DNA of 64,000 nt from an uncultured Actinomycetes bacterium (GCA_963832955.1 CAWHWC010000002.1:71308-135307); one strand, 5' to 3'; numbered from the stretch's first letter, positions 10,873 through 20,791 are shown. The notes: generated by a model not told the origin, from the letters alone. Program-made: numbers and translations.

Positions 10873-10986
10873 GGAGAATCAGTCCTTTCGAGGTCGTTCT
10901 CGAAGGGGTAGACGGTGGCGAGCGCCGAAACTCATCGGGGGACCGGCGATGAGTTCCCAGCCGCCGAGGCGTCAAACCCTGTAGAG

Positions 10987-11355
10987 ATGCCGTCCGCACG
11001 GCCGACCACTGTCGTCTTTGCCGTCGCCGGGCCGATTGCCCGTGCCGACCTGCCCGCGATCTGCGGGCACGTCGCCGCGCTGCTCGAAGCGACGGGCGCG
11101 GATGTCGCCCTCTGCGACGTCGGGGCGCTTCCGGCCGATGCGGTCGCGATCGACGCGCTCGCGCGCATCCACCTCGCCGCGCGGCGGATGGGCCGGCAGG
11201 TCGTGCTGCGCCACGCAGGCGACGACCTCCGCGACCTGGTGGCCTTCGTCGGGCTGGCCGGGGCGCTACGGATCGAGCCGGGGGGGCAGGCCGAACAGCG
11301 GAAACAGCGTGTCGGTGTCAAGGAAGAACGTGAACTCGACGATCCGCCCGCCTGA
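10987..11355 (+). CDS. STAS-domain protein (anti-sigma-factor-antagonist-like)
   Basis: VVFAVAGPIARADLPAICGHVAALLE..DVGAL.ADAVAIDALARIHLAARRMGRQVVLRHAGDDLRDLVAFVGL is STAS-like. Start taken at ATG 10987; 10915 is also possible. The 3' end overlaps the sigma-factor gene. Confidence 0.6.
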   Translation: MPSARPTTVVFAVAGPIARADLPAICGHVAALLEATGADVALCDVGALPADAVAIDALARIHLAARRMGRQVVLRHAGDDLRDLVAFVGLAGALRIEPGGQAEQRKQRVGVKEERELDDPPA

Positions 11356-12267
11356 GATCTCGAGCACCTGGAGCGCCCACGGCTCGTGACCGCCGTTGGG
11401 ATCGGGCTTGTACTGCCCGAAGGCCGGCGAGCCGCACGCCCCGGGCGCAGGGATGACACGCGACCCCTGACAGCCGATCCCCGGCCCGAACCACCATGTG
11501 AGGATGTCGTCGCGCCCGCGCAGCCACATGTCATAGGGCGGCATGGACTGGCTGGCGTCCTCCTGGATCAACGACGTCAGGGCCGTCATGTCATACCGCT
11601 CGAAGGCCTCGACGTAGCGCGCCAGAAGCTCCCTGTCGGCCGCGTCGAGAGGAGGCCGCGGATCGCCGGGCGCGGCGTCGGCCGCGGCCAGCGTCGCGCG
11701 GGCCCGCTGGAGCGCGCTCGTGACCGAGGCGACGCTCGTGTCCAGAAGCTCCGCCACCTCGCTCGCCTTCCACCGCAGCACGTCGCACAGGATGAGCGAC
11801 GCCCGCTGCTTGGCGGGAAGGTGCTGAAGGGCGGCGATGAACGCCAGCTTGATGCTCTCGCGCGCCACGGCGACGTCGGCCGGGTCGCCCTCGGGCACGA
11901 GCAGGCCGTCCGGAGCCGGCTGGACCCAGGTGGCCTCGGAGAGGACGTTCAGGTTGGCGGCATCGGGCTCGACCGCGGGACCGAGATCCATCGGCCGCGC
12001 GCGCCGCTCCCTGCCGCTCAGCATGTCCAGGCACACGTTCGTCGCGATCCGGTAGAGCCACGAGCGCAGGGACGAGCGGCCCTCGAACCGGTCGTGCGCC
12101 CGCCAGGCCCGGATGAACGTCTCCTGGACGGCATCCTCCGCCTCGAACGGCGACGCCAGCATCCGATAGCAGTAGCCGGTGAGCTCCGGCCGGTGCGCCT
12201 CGAGCTCCCGCTCGACCTCTGCCGAGCCCGGGCGGTCGGTGGTCGACGAGTCCTGCATGAGCGTCAT
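11266..12267 (-). CDS. ECF sigma-70 family factor with C-terminal SnoaL/NTF2-like extension (SigG/SigJ-ECF41-like)
   Basis: Start ATG 12267 (MTLMQDSS). Region 2 is DAVQETFIRAWRA; region 4 is LPAKQRASLILCDVLRWKASEVAELLDTSVASVTSALQRAR. The long C-terminal domain ends ..FGLPPRLDP. Confidence 0.85.
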   Translation of the reverse strand: MTLMQDSSTTDRPGSAEVERELEAHRPELTGYCYRMLASPFEAEDAVQETFIRAWRAHDRFEGRSSLRSWLYRIATNVCLDMLSGRERRARPMDLGPAVEPDAANLNVLSEATWVQPAPDGLLVPEGDPADVAVARESIKLAFIAALQHLPAKQRASLILCDVLRWKASEVAELLDTSVASVTSALQRARATLAAADAAPGDPRPPLDAADRELLARYVEAFERYDMTALTSLIQEDASQSMPPYDMWLRGRDDILTWWFGPGIGCQGSRVIPAPGACGSPAFGQYKPDPNGGHEPWALQVLEISGGRIVEFTFFLDTDTLFPLFGLPPRLDP

Positions 12268-12339
12268 GGTAGGCGCTCGCGGCGAGGTGCGACAAATCGG
12301 ACCGTCAAGATGCGGGCGCTCCGAGCCGATACTGAACGG

Positions 12340-12714
12340 ATGGGGGGTCACCGCTACGAATCCGTCGCCCTTGCGCTCGCAGCGAGCGACGCATATGAGA
12401 ACGCCGACGAGAACCTCGAGGTCATCGACGTCACGATCGGGGAGATGCGCTCCCAGGTCGAGCTGGACGAAGATGCCTTCGCCGAGCTCGTCTCCCGCTT
12501 CCGCCTCGTCCTCGACACGAACCGCACCGCTCCCGCGGTGATGAGGATCATGGTCTCGGCCGAGGCCGCCCGAACCGCCGCCGACGAGGCGCGCGACCCG
12601 GGCCACGGATGGCTGTCACGCCGCCACTGGCGCCGCGAGGCCGAGCGGACGAGCCGCGAGCTGGCGAATCACGTCGCCGCCACGCTCGACGCGCTCATCT
12701 CCGAGCCGTACTAG
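12340..12714 (+). CDS. Hypothetical acidic protein (about 124 aa)
   Basis: C-terminal part of ORF 11386..12714 from ATG 12340 (12310 is an alternative). Composition is protein-like; no family recognised. Confidence 0.4.
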   Translation: MGGHRYESVALALAASDAYENADENLEVIDVTIGEMRSQVELDEDAFAELVSRFRLVLDTNRTAPAVMRIMVSAEAARTAADEARDPGHGWLSRRHWRREAERTSRELANHVAATLDALISEPY

Positions 12715-12724
12715 TTGCGGGAAG

Positions 12725-13030
12725 TCAGCCGCGTGCGGCCTGCGCGGCGGCCTTCTCCCGGCGAGCGGCGAGCGCGCGCCGCCGGCCGGCGATCCCCTCG
12801 TGCCGGTACGCCGTCGTGTGGCTCCGGATGGCCGCCTCCGCCACGCGCCGCGATACCGGCCGGTCGAGCAGCCCCTCGATCGCGGTGTCGAACACGTAGC
12901 TCGAGGCGTCGGCGATCGTGTACAGCTCGAGCGTGGCGACGATGGCACCGTGGAGCCGCACGGGATCGCCGTCGATGGCTCCGCGCGCGATCTGCCGGGC
13001 GAGGCCCCGGGAGCGCCGGTCTGTCGTCAC
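12725..13030 (-). CDS. Hypothetical protein (about 101 aa)
   Basis: GTG 13030 preceded by GGGAGGA. It lies in the frame of ORF 12725..14359, downstream of the real end of the binding-protein gene. No family recognised. Confidence 0.4.
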   Translation of the reverse strand: MTTDRRSRGLARQIARGAIDGDPVRLHGAIVATLELYTIADASSYVFDTAIEGLLDRPVSRRVAEAAIRSHTTAYRHEGIAGRRRALAARREKAAAQAARG

Positions 13031-13146
13031 ACGAACGATCCTCCCGCCGGACCGCCGGTGCCGCCATCCCCGGTTTGGCGTACCGTCGCGCCCGAAGTGA
13101 CGTAAATCGGACGGTGACGTCGATCGCGGTCGCACGGGACCCGCCC

Positions 13147-14359
13147 TCAGGTATTCGTGGCGATCGACCCGAAGATGCCGGTCCAGGTGTCGAACTCGCC
13201 CCGGTCCCGGAACACGCGGTAGTCGCGGGCGTTGATGTCGGGCGGTGGGAAGACGAGCGGGCTCCCCGCGACGGTCGGATCGCCGAGCTGCCCCGCGATG
13301 ATCGCCCTTCGCGTCCGGGACCGGCGTGATGTAGTTGACCCACTCGGCCACGCGGGCGGCCACCTCGGGCTGGTAGTAGAAGTCCATCCACATCATGGCG
13401 CTCTGCGGGTTGGCGGCGTGCATCGGGATCATCATGTTGTCGGTCCAGTGCATCACGCCCTCCTGGGGCACGACGAACTCGAGATGCGGGTAGCCGCTGG
13501 CCCGCGCCTGGAACACGTCGCCCGACCACGCCTGCGAGATCCAGATGTCGCCGCGCTCGAGGGCGTCGATGTAGCCCTGGTCGTAGTAGCGGCTGATGCC
13601 GGCGTCCTTCTGGAGCTGAAGCTGCTCGCCGGCGCGGTGCCAGTCGTCCTCGGTCGAGTTGGTGACGTCGGCTCCGATGTAGAGCAGGCCGGCGCTTCCG
13701 AAGTCGTTCAGGTCGGTCATCATCCCGACCCGGCCCTTGAAGGCGGGGTCCCAGAGGTCGTGGATGCTGGTGATCTTCCGCCCGGTCCTCCTCGGGTCGT
13801 ACGCAATGCCCGTGAAGCCGGACTGCCAGGCGACCGTGTACTTGTTCCCGGGGTCGTACGCGGGGCTCTTCACCAGCGGGCTCGCATACTTCGTGAAGTT
13901 CCCGAGCTGCGAGTGGTCGAGCGGGACCAGCCAGCCGCTCTTCACGAGCTCGGTGAGCTGCCAGCTGTTCGTGAGCACGACGATGTCGTAGCCGGTCGGC
14001 CGCCCCTTGGAGAGGAGCGGCGCGATCTTGCCGGCGAACTTGGCGTTGTCCTCGATGATCTCCTCGTAGGTGACCATGACGCCCGACTGGCGCGAGAACT
14101 CGTTCAGCGTCGGGCGGTCCTTGAGCCAGTTGCGATAGTCGATGTAGAGCGGCCAGTTGGCGAAGACGAGCTCACCGGTCGACTGCTGCGCCTTCCACCA
14201 CGCCGGATCCCCGACGTGAGGAGGCGGCTTCGTCGAGCTGCCGCCGCACGCCGCGGCAAGCGGCGAGAGCGCGAGCGCGCCCGCCGCGCCGCGCACGAGC
14301 AGGTCGCGCCGGGAGAGGCGGCGCCCGGTCAGTCCTCGGATCAGGGCGGGGTCGTGCAT
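13147..14359 (-). CDS. Polyamine (spermidine/putrescine, PotD/PotF-like) ABC substrate-binding lipoprotein, apparent frameshift
   Basis: Tat-like RRLSRRDLLVRG plus lipobox LAAC. PotD-like body (LVFANWPLYID...GIAYD...QAWSGDV). After ..NYITPVPDAK the reading continues in another frame (..IIAGQLGDPTVAGSPLVFPPPDINARDYRVF..IATNT*) to TGA at 13147-13149. The indel is next to GGG near 13305. No ABC permease or ATPase gene is adjacent. Confidence 0.8.
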
Positions 14360-15071
14360 CTACCTGAACACCACCAGTGCGGTCACGACGAGCACCCACG
14401 CGAGCGCGATGACGGCGGGGATGATGAGCGCCGACGCCGAGAGGCCGGTGAACGACATCCGGATCTCGGTCCCCCACACGGGGCGCGGCTCGGCGGCGCG
14501 GTCCCGGCGCAGGAGCCGGATGATCACGATCACGAGCGACAGTGCCAGGAGCCCGCCGGCCGAGCCGACGATCGCCTTCTTCTGGGTCTTGTTGAGACCA
14601 CTCGAGCTCGAGCCGGTCGGTTGAGGCGCCGGCGTCGTCGTCGGTACCGAGGCCGGCGGCGGCGCCTTCAGGTCGGGGACGGGCACGGCGCCGGTGCTGC
14701 CGACCTTGACGCGGCGTCCCGGTCGAGTCGGCGACGAAGACGGTGTAGCAGTAGGTGAGGCCCGCCTGGACGGTCCCGTCGATCAGGTGGTTGGTGACCG
14801 AGTGCGAGCCGATCGGCGTCCCGTCGGCCGGGCCCGTGGGGCAGGCAGAGCCGTCACCGCGGTACGTGAAGACGTGGGTCGGCTGCACGCCGGGCGGGTC
14901 CGTCCAGGTGACGTAGACCTGGTCCGTGGTCACCACCACGCTCATGTGGTTGACCGCGGGCCGATAGCCGCGTGCGGTCGTGTCCGCGAACGCCGCGGAC
15001 GGCAGAGCAGCGAGCAGCACGAGCAGCACCATCCCGCCCGCGGCCCTTCGTATGGGTACGCAGCCTCTCAT
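14360..15071 (-). CDS. Membrane-anchored secreted protein with Ig/FN3-like N-domain, apparent frameshift
   Basis: Signal MVLLVLLAALPSAAFA and a beta-rich domain (..VYVTWTDPPG..TYCYTVFVAD) lie in ORF 14172..15071. A Pro/Thr linker and two TM segments lie in ORF 14360..14686. The junction is near 14700. The TAG stop directly abuts the ATG of the next gene. Confidence 0.55.
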
Positions 15072-15211
15072 CCCCCAACCATTACCAGCCTACCGACGGT
15101 CGGAAATGGCGTCAATACGCCCGCTGAAGGACGCGAAGCGTGGGGTTAACCCCCCGCTCGCGGCGAGCCACCCCCATCGCGGCTGCGTCGCTCGGACGCG
15201 ATCCTCTCCGC

Positions 15212-15325
15212 ATGCTCAAGAACCCCGTCATCGTATGCCTCGCCCTCGCGGCGATCGTCGTCGTCGCCGTCGTCGCCGAAGCCGTCGTCGTCCTGACGAC
15301 GCGCCGCCGCCGAATCGCCTGGTAA
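15212..15325 (+). CDS. Possible 37-aa single-TM peptide
   Basis: MLKNPVIVCLALAAIVVVAVVAEAVVVLTTRRRRIAW. A hydrophobic core with a basic tail, in an otherwise non-coding gap. Confidence 0.3.
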   Translation: MLKNPVIVCLALAAIVVVAVVAEAVVVLTTRRRRIAW

Positions 15326-15410
15326 TCGCGAAGAAGGGGACGAAACCCCGCGTTTACTGCCCAGTATTCGGGGACGCGGTAAAGGTTGTGTTCGGGAACC
15401 TCGCGAGGAC

Positions 15411-15833
15411 TTGCACGCCGGCCGCCGAACCGGCACAACGAGTCACGTGGAATCTGCATGGGGGCACGAAACAGCGCCGGTGACGGACTGGGGGCACAAC
15501 GGTGACCTGTCCTCACCGTCCGTCGTCGCGGCTCCCGTGCGACCGATCTCAGAGGCTGCACACATCGACGAGGCCCCGCGACTCACGCGCAACCAACGCT
15601 CCGTGATGGACTGGCTCGCCGAGGGGCGAGACGTCAGGCTGCGCGACCTCGGCGACCGGCTCCCGCGCGCGCCGGTCACGGTCAAGTCGCTCTTCCACCG
15701 AGGGCTCGTCGGCTACGGCCCGCGATGGGACGAAGCGGACGGTGGGTCAGACCTCGACCGCACCGTCCGCCTCACGCCGCGCGGGAAAGCCGTGATGGAG
15801 CTCTTTCAGCCGCGCGACGACGAGTCTTCCTAG
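15411..15833 (+). CDS. Hypothetical protein, possibly winged-helix
   Basis: The ORF C-terminal half (LTRNQRSVMDWLAEGRDVRLRDLGD..VKSLFHRGLV..VRLTPRGKAVMEL) looks wHTH-like. Start uncertain. Confidence 0.4.
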   Translation: MHAGRRTGTTSHVESAWGHETAPVTDWGHNGDLSSPSVVAAPVRPISEAAHIDEAPRLTRNQRSVMDWLAEGRDVRLRDLGDRLPRAPVTVKSLFHRGLVGYGPRWDEADGGSDLDRTVRLTPRGKAVMELFQPRDDESS

Positions 15834-15843
15834 AGACGTCCTC

Positions 15844-16011
15844 CTAGAGACTCGAGCGCCGTACGAAGAGCCCCCGGCCGAGGAAGCCGGCGATGACCGC
15901 CACCGCGAGTGCGATCAAGAGCACCCAGAAGGCGACCTTCACCGCTCCCCATACGCCGAAGACGAGCACGGCGAGGATGAGAAGTAAGAGAAGCCACATG
16001 CCGGTTCTCAT
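15844..16011 (-). CDS. Small (55 aa) two-TM membrane protein, below the ORF-track cutoff
   Basis: My own translation of the minus strand gives MRTGMWLLLLLILAVLVFGVWGAVKVAFWVLLIALAVAVIAGFLGRGLFVRRSSL*. Third codon positions are GC-rich. Confidence 0.45.
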   Translation of the reverse strand: MRTGMWLLLLLILAVLVFGVWGAVKVAFWVLLIALAVAVIAGFLGRGLFVRRSSL

Positions 16012-16061
16012 GCCCTGATCGGGCCTCTGGCAAACGGCGCCGCCGGTAGGATGCGCCGCCC

Positions 16062-17231
16062 TTGCGCCGCCTCATCGCGCTCGTCTCGCTGCTCGTCGCC
16101 GTCGACCTCATGATGTGGTCGGCGATCGTCCCGCTCCTCCCCCACTACCGCTCCGAGCTCGGGCTGACCAAGGTCGAGTCGGGCTGGCTGCTCGCCGCCT
16201 TCAGCCTCGCCGTGGTGGCGGTGGCGATCCCGGTCGGCCACCTGGCCGACCGGATCGGCGCCCGCCGCGTCGTCGCCGCCGGCGGCGTGGCGATGGCTCT
16301 AGGGACGCTCGGGCTCGGGTTCGCGGGCTCGTTCTGGCTGCTCGTCGCCGCGCGCGCGGTGCAGGGCGTGGGCGACGCCGCCGTCTGGGGCGCCGGCGTC
16401 GCCTGGGTCGCGGCCCGGGCGCCTGCGGCCAGCCGTGGAGCCGCCGTGAGCTTCTCGAACGCGGCGGCGGTGGTAGGCGTCATCGCCGGGCCGTTCATCG
16501 GCGGCATCGCAACCAGCACGTTCGGGATCCGGCCGACGTTCGCCGTCGTCGCCGCCGTGTCGCTCGCCTTGGCGGGCTGGGCGTTGCTCGAGCCCGACGC
16601 CCAGGCCGAGGCCGAGCGCCGCGTCGGCGTTCGGGCTGCCATCGCCGCGGCGTTCTCGGAGTCGCTGATCCTGGCGAGCGTGATGATGATCCTGGCCGTC
16701 TCGGTGATCGGCGGCGGCCTCCAGGTGCTCGTGCCGCTCCACCTCTCGGCGGCGGGCGTCGAGCGCTCGGGGATCGGAGCCGCCTACTCGGCCGGCGCGA
16801 TGCTCGGCGCGGTCGCCATCCTCGCAAGCGGCCGGGCGGGCGACCGGTTCGGCCGGATTCCGCTCGCGGCCGGCGCGTGCACCGCCCTTGCGATCCTGAG
16901 CGGGCTGCTCATGCTCCCGCTGGGCGCGGCGCTGGTCGTGGCCGTCGTCATCGCGGCCGGGCCGGTGCAGTCGATCCTCTACGCGGTGGGATACCCGCTG
17001 AGCGCCGACGGCGCCGACCGGGCGAACCTGGGGCACGGGATCGCGATCGGGATCGTGAACCTCACCTGGGGCGTCGGCGCGGTCGTCGGCCCGCTCGCCG
17101 GGCCGGGCGTCGCCCAGCTGCTCGGCGACCGCGCCTCCTACGCGCTGCTCGCGATCCTCGCCGCGCTCGCGGCCGTCGCCATCGCGGCGCCGGCGGCCGG
17201 CCGGGCGCGGGCTACCCCGCCGCGCGCGTGA
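16062..17231 (+). CDS. MFS transporter (12-TMS type)
   Basis: Intact 389-aa hydrophobic ORF with MFS loop motif GHLADRIGARR. Confidence 0.85.
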   Translation: MRRLIALVSLLVAVDLMMWSAIVPLLPHYRSELGLTKVESGWLLAAFSLAVVAVAIPVGHLADRIGARRVVAAGGVAMALGTLGLGFAGSFWLLVAARAVQGVGDAAVWGAGVAWVAARAPAASRGAAVSFSNAAAVVGVIAGPFIGGIATSTFGIRPTFAVVAAVSLALAGWALLEPDAQAEAERRVGVRAAIAAAFSESLILASVMMILAVSVIGGGLQVLVPLHLSAAGVERSGIGAAYSAGAMLGAVAILASGRAGDRFGRIPLAAGACTALAILSGLLMLPLGAALVVAVVIAAGPVQSILYAVGYPLSADGADRANLGHGIAIGIVNLTWGVGAVVGPLAGPGVAQLLGDRASYALLAILAALAAVAIAAPAAGRARATPPRA

Positions 17232-18384
17232 GGGGCTGCGCGGGCCGCTCCTTCCTCGGGTCGACGAACGGGAGCCCGGTCGTGACGCCGGCCATGTCGC
17301 CGTGCTCGGACTCGACGTCGATCCGCGTGCCAGGGGCGGCGAGCTCGCTCGGCACCCAGACGTAGCCGATGTTCTTCTCGAGCCCCGGCGACCAGACGGC
17401 ATCGGTCACCCGCCCGACCGGCCGGCCGCCGTGGTGGGCGGGCCAGGTGACGGTGATCCCGGTCAGCGGCTCGCGGGAGTCGAACTCGATGCCGACGAGC
17501 TTGCGGTCGACGCCCTCCCGGCGCAGCGTCTCGAGCGCCTCCTTGCCGATGTAGTCCTGCGGCTGCTCCTCGACCAGCCGCTCGAGCCCGGTGAGGTGAA
17601 ACGGCGTGTCGGCGAGCGTGAAGTCGGAGCCGCAGTTGAAGATGCCGGCCTCGACGCGGCGGGCCTCGTTCGGGGCGATCGGCCGGATCGCGAACTCCTC
17701 GCCGGCGGCCATGATCGCGTCCCACACCTCGTCGCCGCGCGACCCGTCGAGCAGGTTCACCTCGAACCCGGGCACCGCCGACCAGCCGGTACGGGTGATG
17801 ACGACCGGGATGCCCTCGATCTCGAAGTGGTCGCACCAGTAGTAGCGCAGGTCGAAGATGTCCTCGCCGACGAGCTTCGCCAGCGTGCGCCCCGAGAGCG
17901 GGCCCTGCACCTGGCACGGATGGACGTCGGGGTAGGACACCTCGGCGTCGAGGTCGAGCTGGGAGAGGACGCCGAGCGCGTAGAGGCCGGCGTCGGAGTC
18001 GGCGAGCTGCATCCACCACACGTTCTCCTCGGGATGCACGAGCACCGGGTCGTTCACGATCCCGCCGGACGGGGCGGTCACGAGCATGTACTTGCACTGC
18101 TTGACGGCGCAGCGAGTGAGGTCGCGGCACGTGAGCGAGTCGACCAGCCGGTCGGCGTCCGGGCCGCTGATCTGCACGGTGCGCTCGACCCCGACGTCCC
18201 ATAGGGTCACGCCCTCCTGGAGCGCCCTGTACTCGACCGCGGGGTCGTCGTACTCGGCCGGCAGGTACATCTTGTTGTAGATGTCGTAGGCCTTGCACCC
18301 CGCGCGCTGGGTGCCGTCGAAGAACGGCGAGCGTCGGTACCAGGGGCCGAAGTAGAGCGTCGTCGTCGTCGGGTGCTTCGTCAT
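17212..18384 (-). CDS. Aminomethyltransferase (GcvT/DmdA/LigM-like, tetrahydrofolate-dependent) family protein
   Basis: Start ATG 18384 (MTKHPTTTTLYFGPWYRRSPFFD..) overlaps the upstream stop (ATGA). GcvT-fold text follows (..VTLWDVGVERTVQISGPDA..ITRTGWSAVPGFEV..IEFDS..). Confidence 0.82.
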   Translation of the reverse strand: MTKHPTTTTLYFGPWYRRSPFFDGTQRAGCKAYDIYNKMYLPAEYDDPAVEYRALQEGVTLWDVGVERTVQISGPDADRLVDSLTCRDLTRCAVKQCKYMLVTAPSGGIVNDPVLVHPEENVWWMQLADSDAGLYALGVLSQLDLDAEVSYPDVHPCQVQGPLSGRTLAKLVGEDIFDLRYYWCDHFEIEGIPVVITRTGWSAVPGFEVNLLDGSRGDEVWDAIMAAGEEFAIRPIAPNEARRVEAGIFNCGSDFTLADTPFHLTGLERLVEEQPQDYIGKEALETLRREGVDRKLVGIEFDSREPLTGITVTWPAHHGGRPVGRVTDAVWSPGLEKNIGYVWVPSELAAPGTRIDVESEHGDMAGVTTGLPFVDPRKERPAQPLTRAAG

Positions 18385-19685
18385 GCTGCCCTCCGGTGGC
18401 TGGTCATCGCGTCGAGCGCCAGGGCCGCACCGCGGAACCCGGACTCGATCGCGCCGTCGATGAACCCCGACCAGCCGTTGGCGATGTCGGAGCCTGCGAA
18501 CGCGATCCGGCCCTGGGGCCGGCGCGCCTCCGCGTGGTGGGTCGTGTACCACCCGGGGCGGTGGATCGCCCACGTGCCGCGCGAGAACTCGTCGCCCAGC
18601 CAGTCGTTGGCGGCGGCGGCCACGACCTCGTACCCCGGGATGATGTCGTCGAGCTGGTGCTGAACCGCGGGCAGGTCCGCAACGTCGCACGCCCGCCCGT
18701 CGATCCCAAATCCGATCATCACCTGCTCGCCGCCGGCGAGCAGGTGCTCGGTCGCCAGGTACCCGAACGGGTGGCCGGGCCTGATGGCGTTCTGCTGGAC
18801 GGCCGGGCCGCGCGCGCGGATGAAGACCTTGATACCGGTGGATGCCTGGCCCGCGGCGATCGCCGCGCGCTTGCCGGCCGCGAGCGGCGGGTCGAACGCG
18901 ATGGCCGGGAGCGCGTTCAGCGGCACGGCGACGATCGCGGCGCGGGCGGCGATCGCGTCGCCGCCGCGCAGGTGCACCTCGACGCCGGACTCCGCCTGCG
19001 AGATCGCCGCGACCGGCGATTCGAGCCGCACATCGAACTCGGCGCCGCCGGCGATCGCGCCAAGAAGGGCCCCCGTCCCGCGAGCGAGCGTCACGCGCCC
19101 GCCCGTGTACTGCGTCAGCGCCAGGCTGTAGCCGGAAAGGGCGTGCCAGCGAAGCACGCTCACGGCGCCCGACTCCTCGAGCGGCCCGCTCGCGAGCGAC
19201 TCGAGCTCGGCGACCAGGACGTCCCGCTCCTCGTCGGTCAGCTCGAGCTCGTCCATCCGCTCGACGATCGACATCCGGTCGAGCCGCGCCAGGCGGTCGA
19301 TGTGGGCGAGCGGGTCGTGCGGGAGCGGAAGCAGCTCCTCGGCGCCCGAGACGAACGCGTTCCACCCACGCTCGGCGATCGCGTCGCGCTCGGCGATCGT
19401 GCCGGTGCGGCGCTCCTCACCGACGTACCACGCGGCGAGCTCCGTCTCCTGGCCGATCTCGACCTCGAGCCCGGCCCGCACGATCTCGGACCACGTGTGC
19501 GGCTGGTGCCAGTGCACCCACCCTCCGCCGAGCTCGATGTCGAGCCCCTCCCAGGGCGAGGTCCAGGTGCGGCCGCCGAGGCGGTCGCGGGCCTCGACGA
19601 CGAGCGTGCGGGCGCCGCGCAGCGCGGTCTCCCGCGCCGCGGTGACCCCGGCGAACCCCCCTCCCACGACGACCACGTCGAGCAC
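18381..19685 (-). CDS. Flavin-containing amine oxidase family protein
   Basis: N-terminal dinucleotide fold DVVVVGGGFAGVTAARE..G..LVVEARDRLGGR, and an amine-oxidase-type C-terminus (..FAGSD.A.GW.G.IDGAIESG). Confidence 0.85.
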   Translation of the reverse strand: MLDVVVVGGGFAGVTAARETALRGARTLVVEARDRLGGRTWTSPWEGLDIELGGGWVHWHQPHTWSEIVRAGLEVEIGQETELAAWYVGEERRTGTIAERDAIAERGWNAFVSGAEELLPLPHDPLAHIDRLARLDRMSIVERMDELELTDEERDVLVAELESLASGPLEESGAVSVLRWHALSGYSLALTQYTGGRVTLARGTGALLGAIAGGAEFDVRLESPVAAISQAESGVEVHLRGGDAIAARAAIVAVPLNALPAIAFDPPLAAGKRAAIAAGQASTGIKVFIRARGPAVQQNAIRPGHPFGYLATEHLLAGGEQVMIGFGIDGRACDVADLPAVQHQLDDIIPGYEVVAAAANDWLGDEFSRGTWAIHRPGWYTTHHAEARRPQGRIAFAGSDIANGWSGFIDGAIESGFRGAALALDAMTSHRRAA

Positions 19686-19707
19686 GAACCTCGCGACCTC
19701 CAGATGG

Positions 19708-19727
19708 ACTGACTGATGAGTCAGTCA
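19708..19727. promoter_or_regulatory. Operator-like perfect palindrome upstream of the amine oxidase operon
   Basis: CTGACTGA-tgag-TCAGTCAG (8+4+8), 23-42 nt upstream of ATG 19685, in a 138-nt gap. Confidence 0.5.
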
Positions 19728-19823
19728 GGCGGCGCGAGTATACCGGACGCCCGTCGGCGCAGGCCGTTGGCAGGACGGACCGCGACATCGCGACCGACCG
19801 CTGCTCCGCGCTGACGCGGTCGC

Positions 19824-20726
19824 TCAGTCCGGTCGCTGGACGTCGTCAATGAGGCGGTCGAAGTCCGAGCCGTCGAACTCGGCGACCGCGCGGTCGTACT
19901 TCTCCATCCCCCACGTCCAGAAGTCGAAGTCGATGTCCGAGACGCCGTCCTGGATCGACGCCCAGAGCGTCCAGCCGTACTTCGACATGAGCCCCCAGAG
20001 GCGGGCCCGGGCGACCTTGTTGGCCAGGCGCTCGCCGTAGTAGTGCCCCACGAGCTCGTCGAGCTGGGCGAGCGACAGATTCGACTCGCTCCAGATGTTG
20101 CCGAGCTCGAAGCAGGCGTCGTTCATCCCCGAGTACTCGTAGTCGATCAGCCGGAACCCGTCGCCGACATCGATGAAGTTCTCGGCGAGCAGGTCGTTGT
20201 TGCAGGGGACGGTGCCCTCGTCGCGCACGGCCATCGCCGCCTCGATCCGGCGCACCTGCGGCTCGAACTCGAGGTACCGGTCCGGCAGCCGGAACCCGCG
20301 GTCCTGGACGAGCCGGAGGTACCGGCGCTGGATGTCGAACATGTTGAAGTCGTCGCGAAACGGGCGCGCACCGTGCAGGAGCCGGCACGCGGCGGCGACC
20401 CAGTCGAGCCGGTCGCCGCGCTGCATGTCCTCGGACGTCTGTGTCGTCCCCTCGATGAACTCCAGCACGAGCAGCGAGCGCTCCGGCAGGTAGTCGATGA
20501 CCGCCGCCCCGACACCGGCGTCGGCGGCGGCGACGGTGTTCAGGTACTCGTTCTCGCGGTCGATGGCGAGCAGCCCGGCATCCTTGGCGGACACGCGCAC
20601 CACGAAGGCGCCGTCCGGCGTCTCGACCTTGTAGTTCGTGTTGGTGAGCCCACCGGCGAGCTCGGCCACCGAATGGCGCTCGCGAAGCGCGGGAACGAGG
20701 TCGAGGAGACCATCGAGGTCCGTCAT
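19824..20726 (-). CDS. Choline/ethanolamine kinase - aminoglycoside phosphotransferase (APH) fold kinase
   Basis: LAGGLTNTNYKV (nucleotide loop), Brenner motif PCNNDLLAENF and IDYEYSGMND. Confidence 0.8.
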   Translation of the reverse strand: MTDLDGLLDLVPALRERHSVAELAGGLTNTNYKVETPDGAFVVRVSAKDAGLLAIDRENEYLNTVAAADAGVGAAVIDYLPERSLLVLEFIEGTTQTSEDMQRGDRLDWVAAACRLLHGARPFRDDFNMFDIQRRYLRLVQDRGFRLPDRYLEFEPQVRRIEAAMAVRDEGTVPCNNDLLAENFIDVGDGFRLIDYEYSGMNDACFELGNIWSESNLSLAQLDELVGHYYGERLANKVARARLWGLMSKYGWTLWASIQDGVSDIDFDFWTWGMEKYDRAVAEFDGSDFDRLIDDVQRPD

Positions 20727-20791
20727 GGCCGCGCCACTATAGTCACCTGCTTCGACGTGGTCGGGACCGGTTGATCGAGCAGGGCGCGCAC

